A stretch of DNA of 64,000 bases from assembly GCA_023227985.1 (NCBI GenBank), contig JALOCB010000003.1, forward strand, positions 5,260 to 69,259. Reading direction: 5' to 3'. The translations under genes and the position numbers were made by a program. This document shows, piece after piece, positions 22,775 through 31,855 of the stretch. Every line of letters begins with the position of its first letter. The first letter of the stretch is position 1. The notes under the pieces were generated by a model, which searched no databases, had not been told where the DNA came from, and saw only the letters and a program-made list of their open reading frames with translations. The stretch is from Candidatus Omnitrophota bacterium (GTDB lineage: Bacteria > Omnitrophota > Gorgyraeia > Gygaellales > Profunditerraquicolaceae).

Positions 22775-25086
22775 CCTTAAGATTAAACAACCTGATTTGC
22801 TTGTCCGTTTGTGTTTTATCAGCGGTTTTTTATCCCGGCGCGGGCTTTGCTCAGAATAACCCTGAAGCTGCGGATGCCCGGATGTCTTCTGCGGATTTGA
22901 TCAATAAATCCTGGGAGTCGCACGGCGCCAGGGATATAGAGGCTACATTCAAATATACGCAGGAATGCATTGATTATTATAAAGAAGACGCGGATAAACA
23001 ACAAGCGGCCTTGAGAGCTTTACCTAAGGGCAAGGATGAGATAGATAATGTCCAGGCCTTGAATGACGTGGCTACCGCGTATTTTATCCAGGCCGAATCT
23101 TATATGCGCCAGGAAAAACCGGATGAGGCCAAAAAGATATTTCAGTTGATCATCGATAAATATTATTACGCCCAGGCCTGGGATCAGCGCGGCTGGTATT
23201 GGCAGATATCCGAGGCGTCCAAGCAGAGCATCCAGAAGATGGAAAAGGGGACTATAGAACTTGAAAAGAAAGTAAAGGTCAGCCAGCTTCCCACCAAAAT
23301 AGACTTGTATGACCCGGGCAAAGAGGATTTCGTCAATTACGAGGAATACGGGGAGTTCGTCAATCTCGGCAAAGAAGATTATAAATACGTTATCACCGAC
23401 CAGGAAGGCTTAAGCCTGGCTGTAGGGGAAGGGATCTTTCCCAATACCTCTTCCGTCAGATGGGACCCGAAGTTCAAGAAAGCGCTCAAAGATAAGAGGC
23501 TGTACGGTAATCATTGGGATTTCGTGCATTCCCCCGATCTTGAGGCGGCGTTTTTTAAATGGGCTACCGGCTCTGAGCCTGCCGGTGTAAGGCTTTTTTA
23601 TACCGGGCTTATACTGGAAAAATCCGGCTTGATCAAGCACGCGCTAAAATGCTATTATGCCATATTGGTGCATTACCCCGGGAGTTACGGGTGGACGTAT
23701 TTCAAGACCCCCTGGTATATAGGATACGCGGCGATATCCAAGATAAATTTCCTGCTGAGCAAAAACCCGCAGTTAGGCTATAAGCTGGTTGACGCGGATA
23801 TAAAGATCAAGAACGGATTTGATAATAATGTGGCAAACGATATTGTGAGCGCAAACCCGGGGAGGTTCGTTAAGGTCACCCTGATGGATAAATTCAAGCC
23901 TAAACAATCCAAGGAGCTGTTAAGCATAAGGCGGCGCCTGGGTAAAGGCAAGGTCCATCTGCTCCAGTATGAGACAGGCGATTGGGAATTAATAGTCGAC
24001 GGAAAACCGTATGTGATCAAGGGCATAACTTATGCCCCTACCAAGGTCGGCCAATCCCCCGATGACGGGACATTAGGCAATTGGATGGAAGAGGATTTTA
24101 ACAACAACGGAAAAATCGACGGGCCGTACGATTCTTTCGTGGATAAGAACAGGAATAACCTCCAGGACGGCGATGAGCCGGTTGTCGGGGATTTTCATCT
24201 GTTAAAGGATATGGGGGTAAATACCATACGGCTTTATCACCATCCCAGCCCGGTGAATAAAGAGCTGCTGCGGGACCTGTATAATAAATACGGCATCAGG
24301 GTTATCCTGGGCGATTTTTTGGGTAAATATACCATAGGTTCAGGCGCGAAATGGAATCCGGGCACGGACTATAATAATGAAGAGCACCGCAAGAATATGA
24401 TGGACTCGGTGCTGGGCATGGTCAGGGAATTCAAGGATGAGCCTTTTGTATTGTTCTGGCTTTTGGGTAATGAGAATGTGTACGGTTACGCCTGCAACGC
24501 CGATAAGGACCCGGATGCGTTCTTTAAATTTGCCAACGACGTAGCCCGCCAGATCAAGGCTATTGACCCCGAGCATCCCGTGGCTATCTGCAGCGGGGAC
24601 GTGTTATACCTTGATAAATTCGGCCAGCACGCTCCGGATATCGACATCTTCGGGGCTAATGCCTATCGCGGAGAATATGGTTTCGGGTTTTTCTGGCGGC
24701 AGGTTAAGCAGGAAGCGGATAAAGCAGCTTTTATCACCGAATTCGGCTGTTCCGCGTATTCCGAAGGAAAAAATGAGGAAGAGTCCGAATTGCTGCAGGC
24801 GGAATATCATAACGGCAACTGGGATGACATTAAAAATAATATGGCTTTTTCCGAGGGCGCGGGAAACGCTTTGGGCGCTGTTGTCTTTGAATGGATGGAT
24901 GAATGGTGGAAGGGCTATGAACCGGCCATACATGACACTAAAGGGCTGTGGATGGGGCCTTTCCCGGATGGCTATATGCATGAGGAATGGCTGGGGATGA
25001 CCGGTCAGGGCGACGGCAAACTTAGCCCGTTCCTGCGTCAGCTGCGCAAGGCTTATTTCATGTATAAAAAGGAATGGAAAGAATGA
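22771..25086 (+). CDS. Secreted TPR-like N-domain + clan GH-A (TIM-barrel) glycoside hydrolase-like protein
   Basis: Signal peptide. GVNTIRLYHH, LLGNENVY (candidate acid/base Glu), ITEFGCSAY (candidate nucleophile Glu), FEWMDEWWK. Paralog of 26332..27684. Confidence 0.5.
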   Translation: MTLRLNNLICLSVCVLSAVFYPGAGFAQNNPEAADARMSSADLINKSWESHGARDIEATFKYTQECIDYYKEDADKQQAALRALPKGKDEIDNVQALNDVATAYFIQAESYMRQEKPDEAKKIFQLIIDKYYYAQAWDQRGWYWQISEASKQSIQKMEKGTIELEKKVKVSQLPTKIDLYDPGKEDFVNYEEYGEFVNLGKEDYKYVITDQEGLSLAVGEGIFPNTSSVRWDPKFKKALKDKRLYGNHWDFVHSPDLEAAFFKWATGSEPAGVRLFYTGLILEKSGLIKHALKCYYAILVHYPGSYGWTYFKTPWYIGYAAISKINFLLSKNPQLGYKLVDADIKIKNGFDNNVANDIVSANPGRFVKVTLMDKFKPKQSKELLSIRRRLGKGKVHLLQYETGDWELIVDGKPYVIKGITYAPTKVGQSPDDGTLGNWMEEDFNNNGKIDGPYDSFVDKNRNNLQDGDEPVVGDFHLLKDMGVNTIRLYHHPSPVNKELLRDLYNKYGIRVILGDFLGKYTIGSGAKWNPGTDYNNEEHRKNMMDSVLGMVREFKDEPFVLFWLLGNENVYGYACNADKDPDAFFKFANDVARQIKAIDPEHPVAICSGDVLYLDKFGQHAPDIDIFGANAYRGEYGFGFFWRQVKQEADKAAFITEFGCSAYSEGKNEEESELLQAEYHNGNWDDIKNNMAFSEGAGNALGAVVFEWMDEWWKGYEPAIHDTKGLWMGPFPDGYMHEEWLGMTGQGDGKLSPFLRQLRKAYFMYKKEWKE

Positions 25087-25217
25087 TGGTCTCGCGCTGA
25101 GACCTTTAGATATATGGGAGAAGAAAGGGGGTGTTTCAGGCAAATACGCTAACCTGCTTTCCGGCAAGACTTAAAAATAAGCGGAACAAAATATAATATA
25201 ACAAAGGAGGAGTAAAG

Positions 25218-26372
25218 ATGAAAAGAATTGTCATGATGGCGCTGGCTTTAGCGTTTATCCTTCCTATGGCGTACGCCCAGGAGAAGGACACCGCAGCCGC
25301 AGAGGTAAAGGAGTTTTGGGTGTATAAGGACAGGGGAGCCAGGGATAATCATTATGTCCCTTCGGGCTGGATGGGCGATTACGGCGACGTGAAACTGAAC
25401 GACCAGTCGACCGATAATCCTTATTCCGGGACTACCTGCCTGCAGTTTGTTTATACCGCCAAGAAATCCCAGGCGCAAGGCTGGGCAGGCGTGTATTGGC
25501 AGAATCCCCCGAATAACTGGGGCAGCAAAAAGGGCGGATTTGATCTTACCGGAATGACCAAGCTGACTTTCTGGGCCCGCGGGGCAAAAGGCGGGGAAAT
25601 ACTGCAAAAGTTCGTCATTGGGGGGCTTAAAGGCACTTATGCCGACTCAACGACTATTGAATTCGGACCGGTGGAACTTACCGATACCTGGAAACAGTAT
25701 ACCATTAACCTGGTAGGCAAGGACTTGACTTATATCAGCGGCGGGTTCGGATGGGTGACTACCGCGGACCTGAATCCCGAAGGAGCAACGATATACATTG
25801 ATGATATCAAATATGAAGTTGACACCATGATGAAGGCTGAAAGCAAAAAACAGGAAGCTATGCCTTTCTACATCTATGCGGATCGCTCTTCGGTAAACAA
25901 CCATTTTGTCCCTTCGGGCTGGATGGGCGATTACGGCGACATAAAATATGACGGCGCCAACAAAGAAGACGCGTATCTGGGCGACACCTGCGTTAAGATA
26001 ACCTACAGCGGCAAAGTCTCTCAGGGGGCGCGTTGGGCTGGTATGTACTGGCAGAATCCCGCTAACAACTGGGGGACCATAGACAAAGGTTTCGATCTTT
26101 CCAAGGCGACTAAAATCACCTTCTGGGCCCGCGGGGCAAAAGGCGGGGAGAGGATCGAAGAATTCAAGGTCGGCGGTATCATGGGAGAGTTCTCGGATTC
26201 CGACGCTGCCGGTATCGGCCCGGTCATCCTGAATAAGGAATGGGCCCAGTACAGCATTGATCTGAAAGGGAAAGACCTGTCATTCATCATCGGCGGATTC
26301 TGTTGGGCGACGAACATCGACGTGAATCCCGATGGAGCTATTTTCTATCTGGATGAGATCAAGTACGAATAA
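25218..26372 (+). CDS. Secreted protein made of two tandem copies of a 184-aa carbohydrate-binding-like domain
   Basis: Signal peptide. Internal repeat with a 552-nt period: VPSGWMGDYGD...YWQNPxNNWG...TFWARGAKGGE occurs twice. Confidence 0.6.
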   Translation: MKRIVMMALALAFILPMAYAQEKDTAAAEVKEFWVYKDRGARDNHYVPSGWMGDYGDVKLNDQSTDNPYSGTTCLQFVYTAKKSQAQGWAGVYWQNPPNNWGSKKGGFDLTGMTKLTFWARGAKGGEILQKFVIGGLKGTYADSTTIEFGPVELTDTWKQYTINLVGKDLTYISGGFGWVTTADLNPEGATIYIDDIKYEVDTMMKAESKKQEAMPFYIYADRSSVNNHFVPSGWMGDYGDIKYDGANKEDAYLGDTCVKITYSGKVSQGARWAGMYWQNPANNWGTIDKGFDLSKATKITFWARGAKGGERIEEFKVGGIMGEFSDSDAAGIGPVILNKEWAQYSIDLKGKDLSFIIGGFCWATNIDVNPDGAIFYLDEIKYE

Positions 26373-27684
26373 GCAGGAAGATAGTAACGTAAAAGGCATC
26401 AGCCACAAGCAGCAGGCTCAAAACCGCCGTTTATATCTGGCGGTGGTCGCAGGCCTGTTGCTTGTGGTTTTATTTTTCGGGTATATACTGATCGCCGTAA
26501 ATAAGCCCCGGCCCAGGGTGTACATAAAAAAATACCGTAACGGCAGTTACCGGATGTTCGCCTCCGGAAAGCCTTATGTGGTCAAAGGCGTTTGTTATAA
26601 CCCTATACCTGTCGGGTTGAGCCATGATTATGACTGGTGGTCTGATCCCTATAAGCCCTGGATGGTTGACGGCAAGCTGATGAAAGAAATGGGAATAAAT
26701 ACCATCCGGATCTACCAGACAGGGGAAAAACCCGAAAATGTCAAGCAGGTCATCCGCGAACTTTACGATAACTTCGGGATCCGCACGATCGTGGGGCATT
26801 GGCTGGGATTCTGGGAATATCCCTGTCCTTTGTACGGGGATGAGGAATTCCAGTCCCGGATCGGTAAAGAGGTTCTGGATATGGTCAATGAGTATAAAGA
26901 TGAACCCGGGGTGCTCTGCTGGATCCTGGGCAATGAGAACAATTATTCCTGCCTGGGCAGCGTAAATCCCTGGTCCAGCGACGATATAGACAAAGAGCCG
27001 GATCTTCAGAAACGCAGAGTTTTGCGCAACCGTATTTATTATTCTTTTGTTAATGATCTGGCTAAAAAGATACACGCGATCGATCCCGAACATCCGGTAG
27101 GCCTGGGTAACGGCGAATTGATCGGATTGGATTCGGCCCAGGAGTACGCATCCGAAGTGGATATGGTCGCCTGCATCATTTATCGGGGCAAGACGTTCGG
27201 CAATCTTTTTAAATCGTTGAAAGCGACTTTTGACAAGCCTATACTTTTGTCCGAGTTCGGCGCGGATGCCTATGACGCGTACTTGAAGAAAGAGGACCAG
27301 AATATGCAGGCTTTCTTCCTGGAATCGCTGTGGCGGCAGATCTATGAGAACCTTGCCGATAATAAGAAAGGCGCTGGGAATTGCCTGGGCGGGGTGATGT
27401 TCGAGTGGACCGATGAGTGGTGGAAACATAATTCGGTGGATCCGGAAAGCTGGAAGGTCCATGATACCGAATCCAACTGGTCCAACGGGAGTTATTATTT
27501 TGATATAAAGGCCCCCAAGAACATGAATATGAACGAGGAATGGTTCGGGATAATCGCTTTATCCGCCGACCAGAAGGATTTCGGCCTGGATATGCGTGTT
27601 CCCCGCAAGGCCTATTACGTGATCAGGGATTTCTGGAATAATCCCAAGGTTAAAGCCAGGAAGCAGAGGGGGAAATCAAAATGA
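26332..27684 (+). CDS. Membrane-anchored clan GH-A glycoside hydrolase-like protein (start uncertain; ATG at 26353 also possible)
   Basis: TM anchor LYLAVVAGLLLVVLFFGYILIAV. GINTIRIYQ, ILGNENNY, LSEFGADAY, FEWTDEWWK. Confidence 0.55.
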   Translation: MELFSIWMRSSTNKQEDSNVKGISHKQQAQNRRLYLAVVAGLLLVVLFFGYILIAVNKPRPRVYIKKYRNGSYRMFASGKPYVVKGVCYNPIPVGLSHDYDWWSDPYKPWMVDGKLMKEMGINTIRIYQTGEKPENVKQVIRELYDNFGIRTIVGHWLGFWEYPCPLYGDEEFQSRIGKEVLDMVNEYKDEPGVLCWILGNENNYSCLGSVNPWSSDDIDKEPDLQKRRVLRNRIYYSFVNDLAKKIHAIDPEHPVGLGNGELIGLDSAQEYASEVDMVACIIYRGKTFGNLFKSLKATFDKPILLSEFGADAYDAYLKKEDQNMQAFFLESLWRQIYENLADNKKGAGNCLGGVMFEWTDEWWKHNSVDPESWKVHDTESNWSNGSYYFDIKAPKNMNMNEEWFGIIALSADQKDFGLDMRVPRKAYYVIRDFWNNPKVKARKQRGKSK

Positions 27685-29303
27685 AGATAAAAAACGGAAC
27701 GCAAGCGGTAATGTCGTTTTTTGCGGTATTGATTTCTATGTGTTACGCGGTTTCTGCCTTTTCCCAGCCGCAGCCGGCTTGCTGCGGGGATCTGCTTAAG
27801 CGGGCAAATTCTTCCGTGAACAGCCGGGAGCTTTTTGTTGATTTTCAGTCCTGCCAGGCCGAATACCTTAAGGATGGACGTTACAGCAACTTCGTGGATT
27901 TCTTAAAGGGCCTGGGACAGAAGAAAAAGGGCCTGGAGCCGCTCATTAATTATTTTACCGGCTTGACCCGTTATCTGCAGATGAGATTCCTGGAAGAAAA
28001 ACAGGCCTGGGATGAATATTTCAGCCAGGGCAATAATTACCGCGACGAGATCTCCGCGTCCCTGGATAAAGCGGTTAAATCCACTGACGCGAATGAGGCG
28101 TTGAATATTCACGCCCGGCTGATATTGTGGCGGTTCCATTATGACCAGCAGGATGTGTTCGCGGAACAATCCCTGACGGATCTGTTTAACTCCGCGATCG
28201 AATACGCAAAGACCGGGCAGGACCTGTCTGTGGTGAAAAAGACCGCGGACACCCTGATTTCTTACGGGGAGAGGTCAAAAGCGGCCCAGTTATACAAGCT
28301 TTATATTAACACGGTGATCGCCGCCGGGACAAAAGCCGATGATATAAAAGCTTTGGCTTTAGGGTTTTTAAATGAGGGCAATATTGAATTGGCCCAAACC
28401 GCCTTTGACAGCTATATAAAGAAGGTGATCGAGACCTTCACCGCTGAAGAAAAAGCCGCGGCTTTGAGAGAGGTGGCGCTTTTATTCGCCTGGAAGGAGC
28501 CGGAGGCTAAGGACGGTTTATACGCGGAGAAGATATTCAAAGCGATGGAAGAGGGGTGCGGTAAAGACGCATTTGATGAGGAGCTTTTGTATCTAAGGGC
28601 GTATAACCTGGAGCGGGTCAAGGAATACTCGTCCGCCAAGGATGTTTATATAGAACTTTTGACCCGTTTCCCGCAGACCCAATACGCGCAAACCTGCGCT
28701 TATAAGATCGGGTTGATCGCGTTATACATCGATAGGGATGAAAGCACAGCCAGGCAGTATTTTGAAAAGGGCGTTCAGGGCGATCCTTCCGGATCATCGG
28801 GGCTTTCCAGCTTATATCAATTGGGGGTATTGACCCAGTGGGAAGATGAGCTTACCCGGGCCCAGGGTTATTATGATAAACTGATCGAAAACGCGCAAGG
28901 CAGCGGTTTTTCGGATATCGTTGCCTTGACCAAAGACAGGCAAGCCGAGATCAACAGCGAAAAACCTTTGGATAACAACATCAAGATCATGCTGGACCTG
29001 GCTTTGAAGCCGGATAATTCCAATCTGGATATGTCTAAGGTGCAGACTAAAGTTTCTCCGTCAGTGTCCGGGATAGACGGGGAATTTACCATAACCTCCA
29101 GCGCGACCTCGCCGCAAAGCGGATGTATGCAGGTGGCTTTGGACTATATATGGGCGGGTGATCTGGGAAAAATAACCCCTTCCGCCGACTCGTCCGCGTT
29201 AACCGTTGCTTATTCCGATCCCGGGACAAAGATAGTCGGTCTTGTAGTTATGTGCCCCTATGGGGTATTGGACAGGAGCATTGATATAATCGACGTTGAA
29301 TAA
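27681..29303 (+). CDS. Secreted TPR-like helical-repeat protein with C-terminal beta domain
   Basis: Signal peptide followed by helical repeat-like sequence. Last gene before a strong terminator. Confidence 0.45.
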   Translation: MKIKNGTQAVMSFFAVLISMCYAVSAFSQPQPACCGDLLKRANSSVNSRELFVDFQSCQAEYLKDGRYSNFVDFLKGLGQKKKGLEPLINYFTGLTRYLQMRFLEEKQAWDEYFSQGNNYRDEISASLDKAVKSTDANEALNIHARLILWRFHYDQQDVFAEQSLTDLFNSAIEYAKTGQDLSVVKKTADTLISYGERSKAAQLYKLYINTVIAAGTKADDIKALALGFLNEGNIELAQTAFDSYIKKVIETFTAEEKAAALREVALLFAWKEPEAKDGLYAEKIFKAMEEGCGKDAFDEELLYLRAYNLERVKEYSSAKDVYIELLTRFPQTQYAQTCAYKIGLIALYIDRDESTARQYFEKGVQGDPSGSSGLSSLYQLGVLTQWEDELTRAQGYYDKLIENAQGSGFSDIVALTKDRQAEINSEKPLDNNIKIMLDLALKPDNSNLDMSKVQTKVSPSVSGIDGEFTITSSATSPQSGCMQVALDYIWAGDLGKITPSADSSALTVAYSDPGTKIVGLVVMCPYGVLDRSIDIIDVE

Positions 29304-29330
29304 CCGCCTGCCACGGTAGGTAAAACAAAA

Positions 29331-29362
29331 AACCCGCTCAAAATTCCGAGCGGGTTTTTTGT
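29331..29362. terminator. Rho-independent terminator, probably bidirectional
   Basis: AACCCGCTC (29331-29339) / GAGCGGGTT (29349-29357), with an A-run upstream and TTTTTTG downstream. It sits between convergent plus-strand and minus-strand units. Confidence 0.8.
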
Positions 29363-29408
29363 TGGAAATTGCGGGGGCCAGATTTGAACTGACGGCCTTC
29401 AGGTTATG

Positions 29409-30033
29409 CTTGCTACTACAGCTTTAGCTGCTCCGCTATCAAGCGGATTCGTAGTCTGGACTATATCTTGACCAACTATCGTTGGCCCCTGCCGTTTAGT
29501 CTCTACACTTTTCTCCGTTGCCGGAGACTTAGCTCGGTATTACCTTGACTTGCGTCGAGGGTTTCACCGAATTTGACAGGATATCCTTCAACCGTTACCG
29601 GTTGAGGAGCCCTTCGGACAATAAACTCCATCGTTGCCTGTACAGTGCGGACATCGGTTTGCGCTGTCGTTTGCCGCTTTCGACTAAACTGATGGTGCTG
29701 CCGAATTTGGTAAAGACAGAGCAGGGGACGATGTAGAACACATTCAGGGGTTCGATTACAGCACCGCAAAATCGAAATCATCCGCGTCATATCTCGCCCG
29801 CAACATCCTTCGTCTGTTCGTCTTGGTCCGTCTGACATCGACACAATACATGTCGTTTTTCTGGTCGAACCAAGCGCTTTTGACTTGAATGCGCAGAAGT
29901 TTACCATCCAGGTCGATCGCCAGATCATAAGGGAGGCGATCCCCGAACGGTTTGAGCACCCTGAACCCTTGTTTCAGGAGTTCAGTGATGACGGCAGATT
30001 CTGCGATGTCAGATTTGAGTTTTTTATCCATTG
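29409..30033 (-). mobile_element. Group I intron (625 nt) in the anticodon loop, carrying a homing-endonuclease ORF
   Basis: The 5' exon ends in U and the intron ends in G. The 3' 190 nt contain GGUGAAACCC...CAAGGUAAUACCGAGCUAAGUC and GUAGAGACUAAACGGCAGGGGCCAACGAUAGUUGGUCAAGAUAUAGUCCAGAC. These closely resemble the P4-P6 and P7/P3'/P8/J8-7 core strings of the Anabaena tRNA-Leu and Tetrahymena introns, as recalled from memory. Confidence 0.8.
29595..30031 (-). pseudogene. Intron-encoded PD-(D/E)XK-type homing endonuclease (I-Ssp6803I-like), split by a frameshift
   Basis: The ATG at 30031 opens 91 codons (MDKKLKSDIAESAVITELLKQGFRVLKPFGDRLPYDLAIDLDGKLLRIQVK...DFDFAVL) ending at TAA 29756-29758. 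A plausible continuation VIEPLNVFYIVP..ISLVESGKRQRKP..YRQRWSLL runs in the -1 frame to TAA 29595-29597. Confidence 0.6.
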
Positions 30034-30126
30034 AGCCTGACGAGCTACCGGACTGCTCCACCCCGCGAATCTATTATGAAAGAACAGGTATATTTTACTC
30101 TTATTTTAAAGAGTTCAAAGCCTTAT

Positions 30127-31688
<1,562 letters not shown>

Positions 31689-31773
31689 TTAAATGGTTAT
31701 CAGATTGAAGAATTTTAACACACAAACTTTGCCCGGTCAAGACAATTAAATGGGCATACCGGCGCAGTAGTTG

Positions 31774-31802
31774 TTGACTTGTGGTTTCGGATATGCTATC
31801 TT
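31774..31802 (+). promoter_or_regulatory. Candidate promoter for ftsH (TTGACT-17-TATCTT with extended -10 TG)
   Basis: -35 at 31774-31779, TG at 31794-31795, -10 at 31797-31802. Confidence 0.35.
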
Positions 31803-31855
31803 TGGGGGGTAGGGAAGTCAGGAACGGCGGGTATGCCGCCCAGAAAGGTTAAATT

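Larger units (their letters stand above)
29369..30067 (-). tRNA. Initiator tRNA-fMet(CAU) interrupted by a group I intron (exon 1 30067..30034, exon 2 29408..29369)
   Basis: Joined exons give CGCGGGGTGGAGCAGTCCGGTAGCTCGTCAGGCT|CATAACCTGAAGGCCGTCAGTTCAAATCTGGCCCCCGCAA (74 nt). This is the same layout as E. coli tRNA-fMet, including the C1xA72 mismatch. CCA is not encoded. Confidence 0.85.

Noticed and set aside
25088-25104. Small hairpin GGTCTC-GCGCT-GAGACC after the 771-aa GH-like gene, considered as a terminator.
   Set aside because: The stem is only 6 bp and the T-tract is poor. The downstream genes look co-oriented and functionally linked, so read-through is more likely.
26470-27462. Long antisense ORFs opposite well-supported genes. 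Examples: 26470..27462, 46572..47381, 61721..62488, 51298..51975, 20292..20960, 8517..9263 and 6630..7226, plus many shorter ones.
   Set aside because: Each lies entirely opposite a CDS with strong family motifs. Their translations are low-complexity (Ser/Arg/Leu/Pro-rich) with no motifs or RBS. These are typical shadow frames.
29365-29720. tmRNA (ssrA) on the minus strand, suggested by a TTCAAAT T-loop with a GCCCCCGCAA 3' end and an upstream alanine-rich reading frame (..AAKAVVAS..).
   Set aside because: No GGGG..UUCGAC 5' end pairs with the 3' acceptor strand. The 3' element is exactly the 3' half of tRNA-fMet, whose 5' half lies at 30034..30067. The region in between carries group I intron core strings.
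29503-29928. 141-aa minus-strand ORF inside the intron.
   Set aside because: It is in the third frame relative to the endonuclease halves, has no recognisable motif, and runs through the ribozyme core. Treated as a shadow ORF.
29756-30061. Track ORF of 101 aa starting at 30061 (MEQSGSSSGSMDKK...).
   Set aside because: The first 10 codons lie inside tRNA-fMet exon 1. The in-frame ATG at 30031, inside the intron, is the credible start of the endonuclease ORF.
31752-31840. Imperfect inverted repeat GGCATACCGGCG ... CGGGTATGCC bracketing the candidate ftsH promoter.
   Set aside because: The arms are short and imperfect and about 70 nt apart. I cannot distinguish this from chance.
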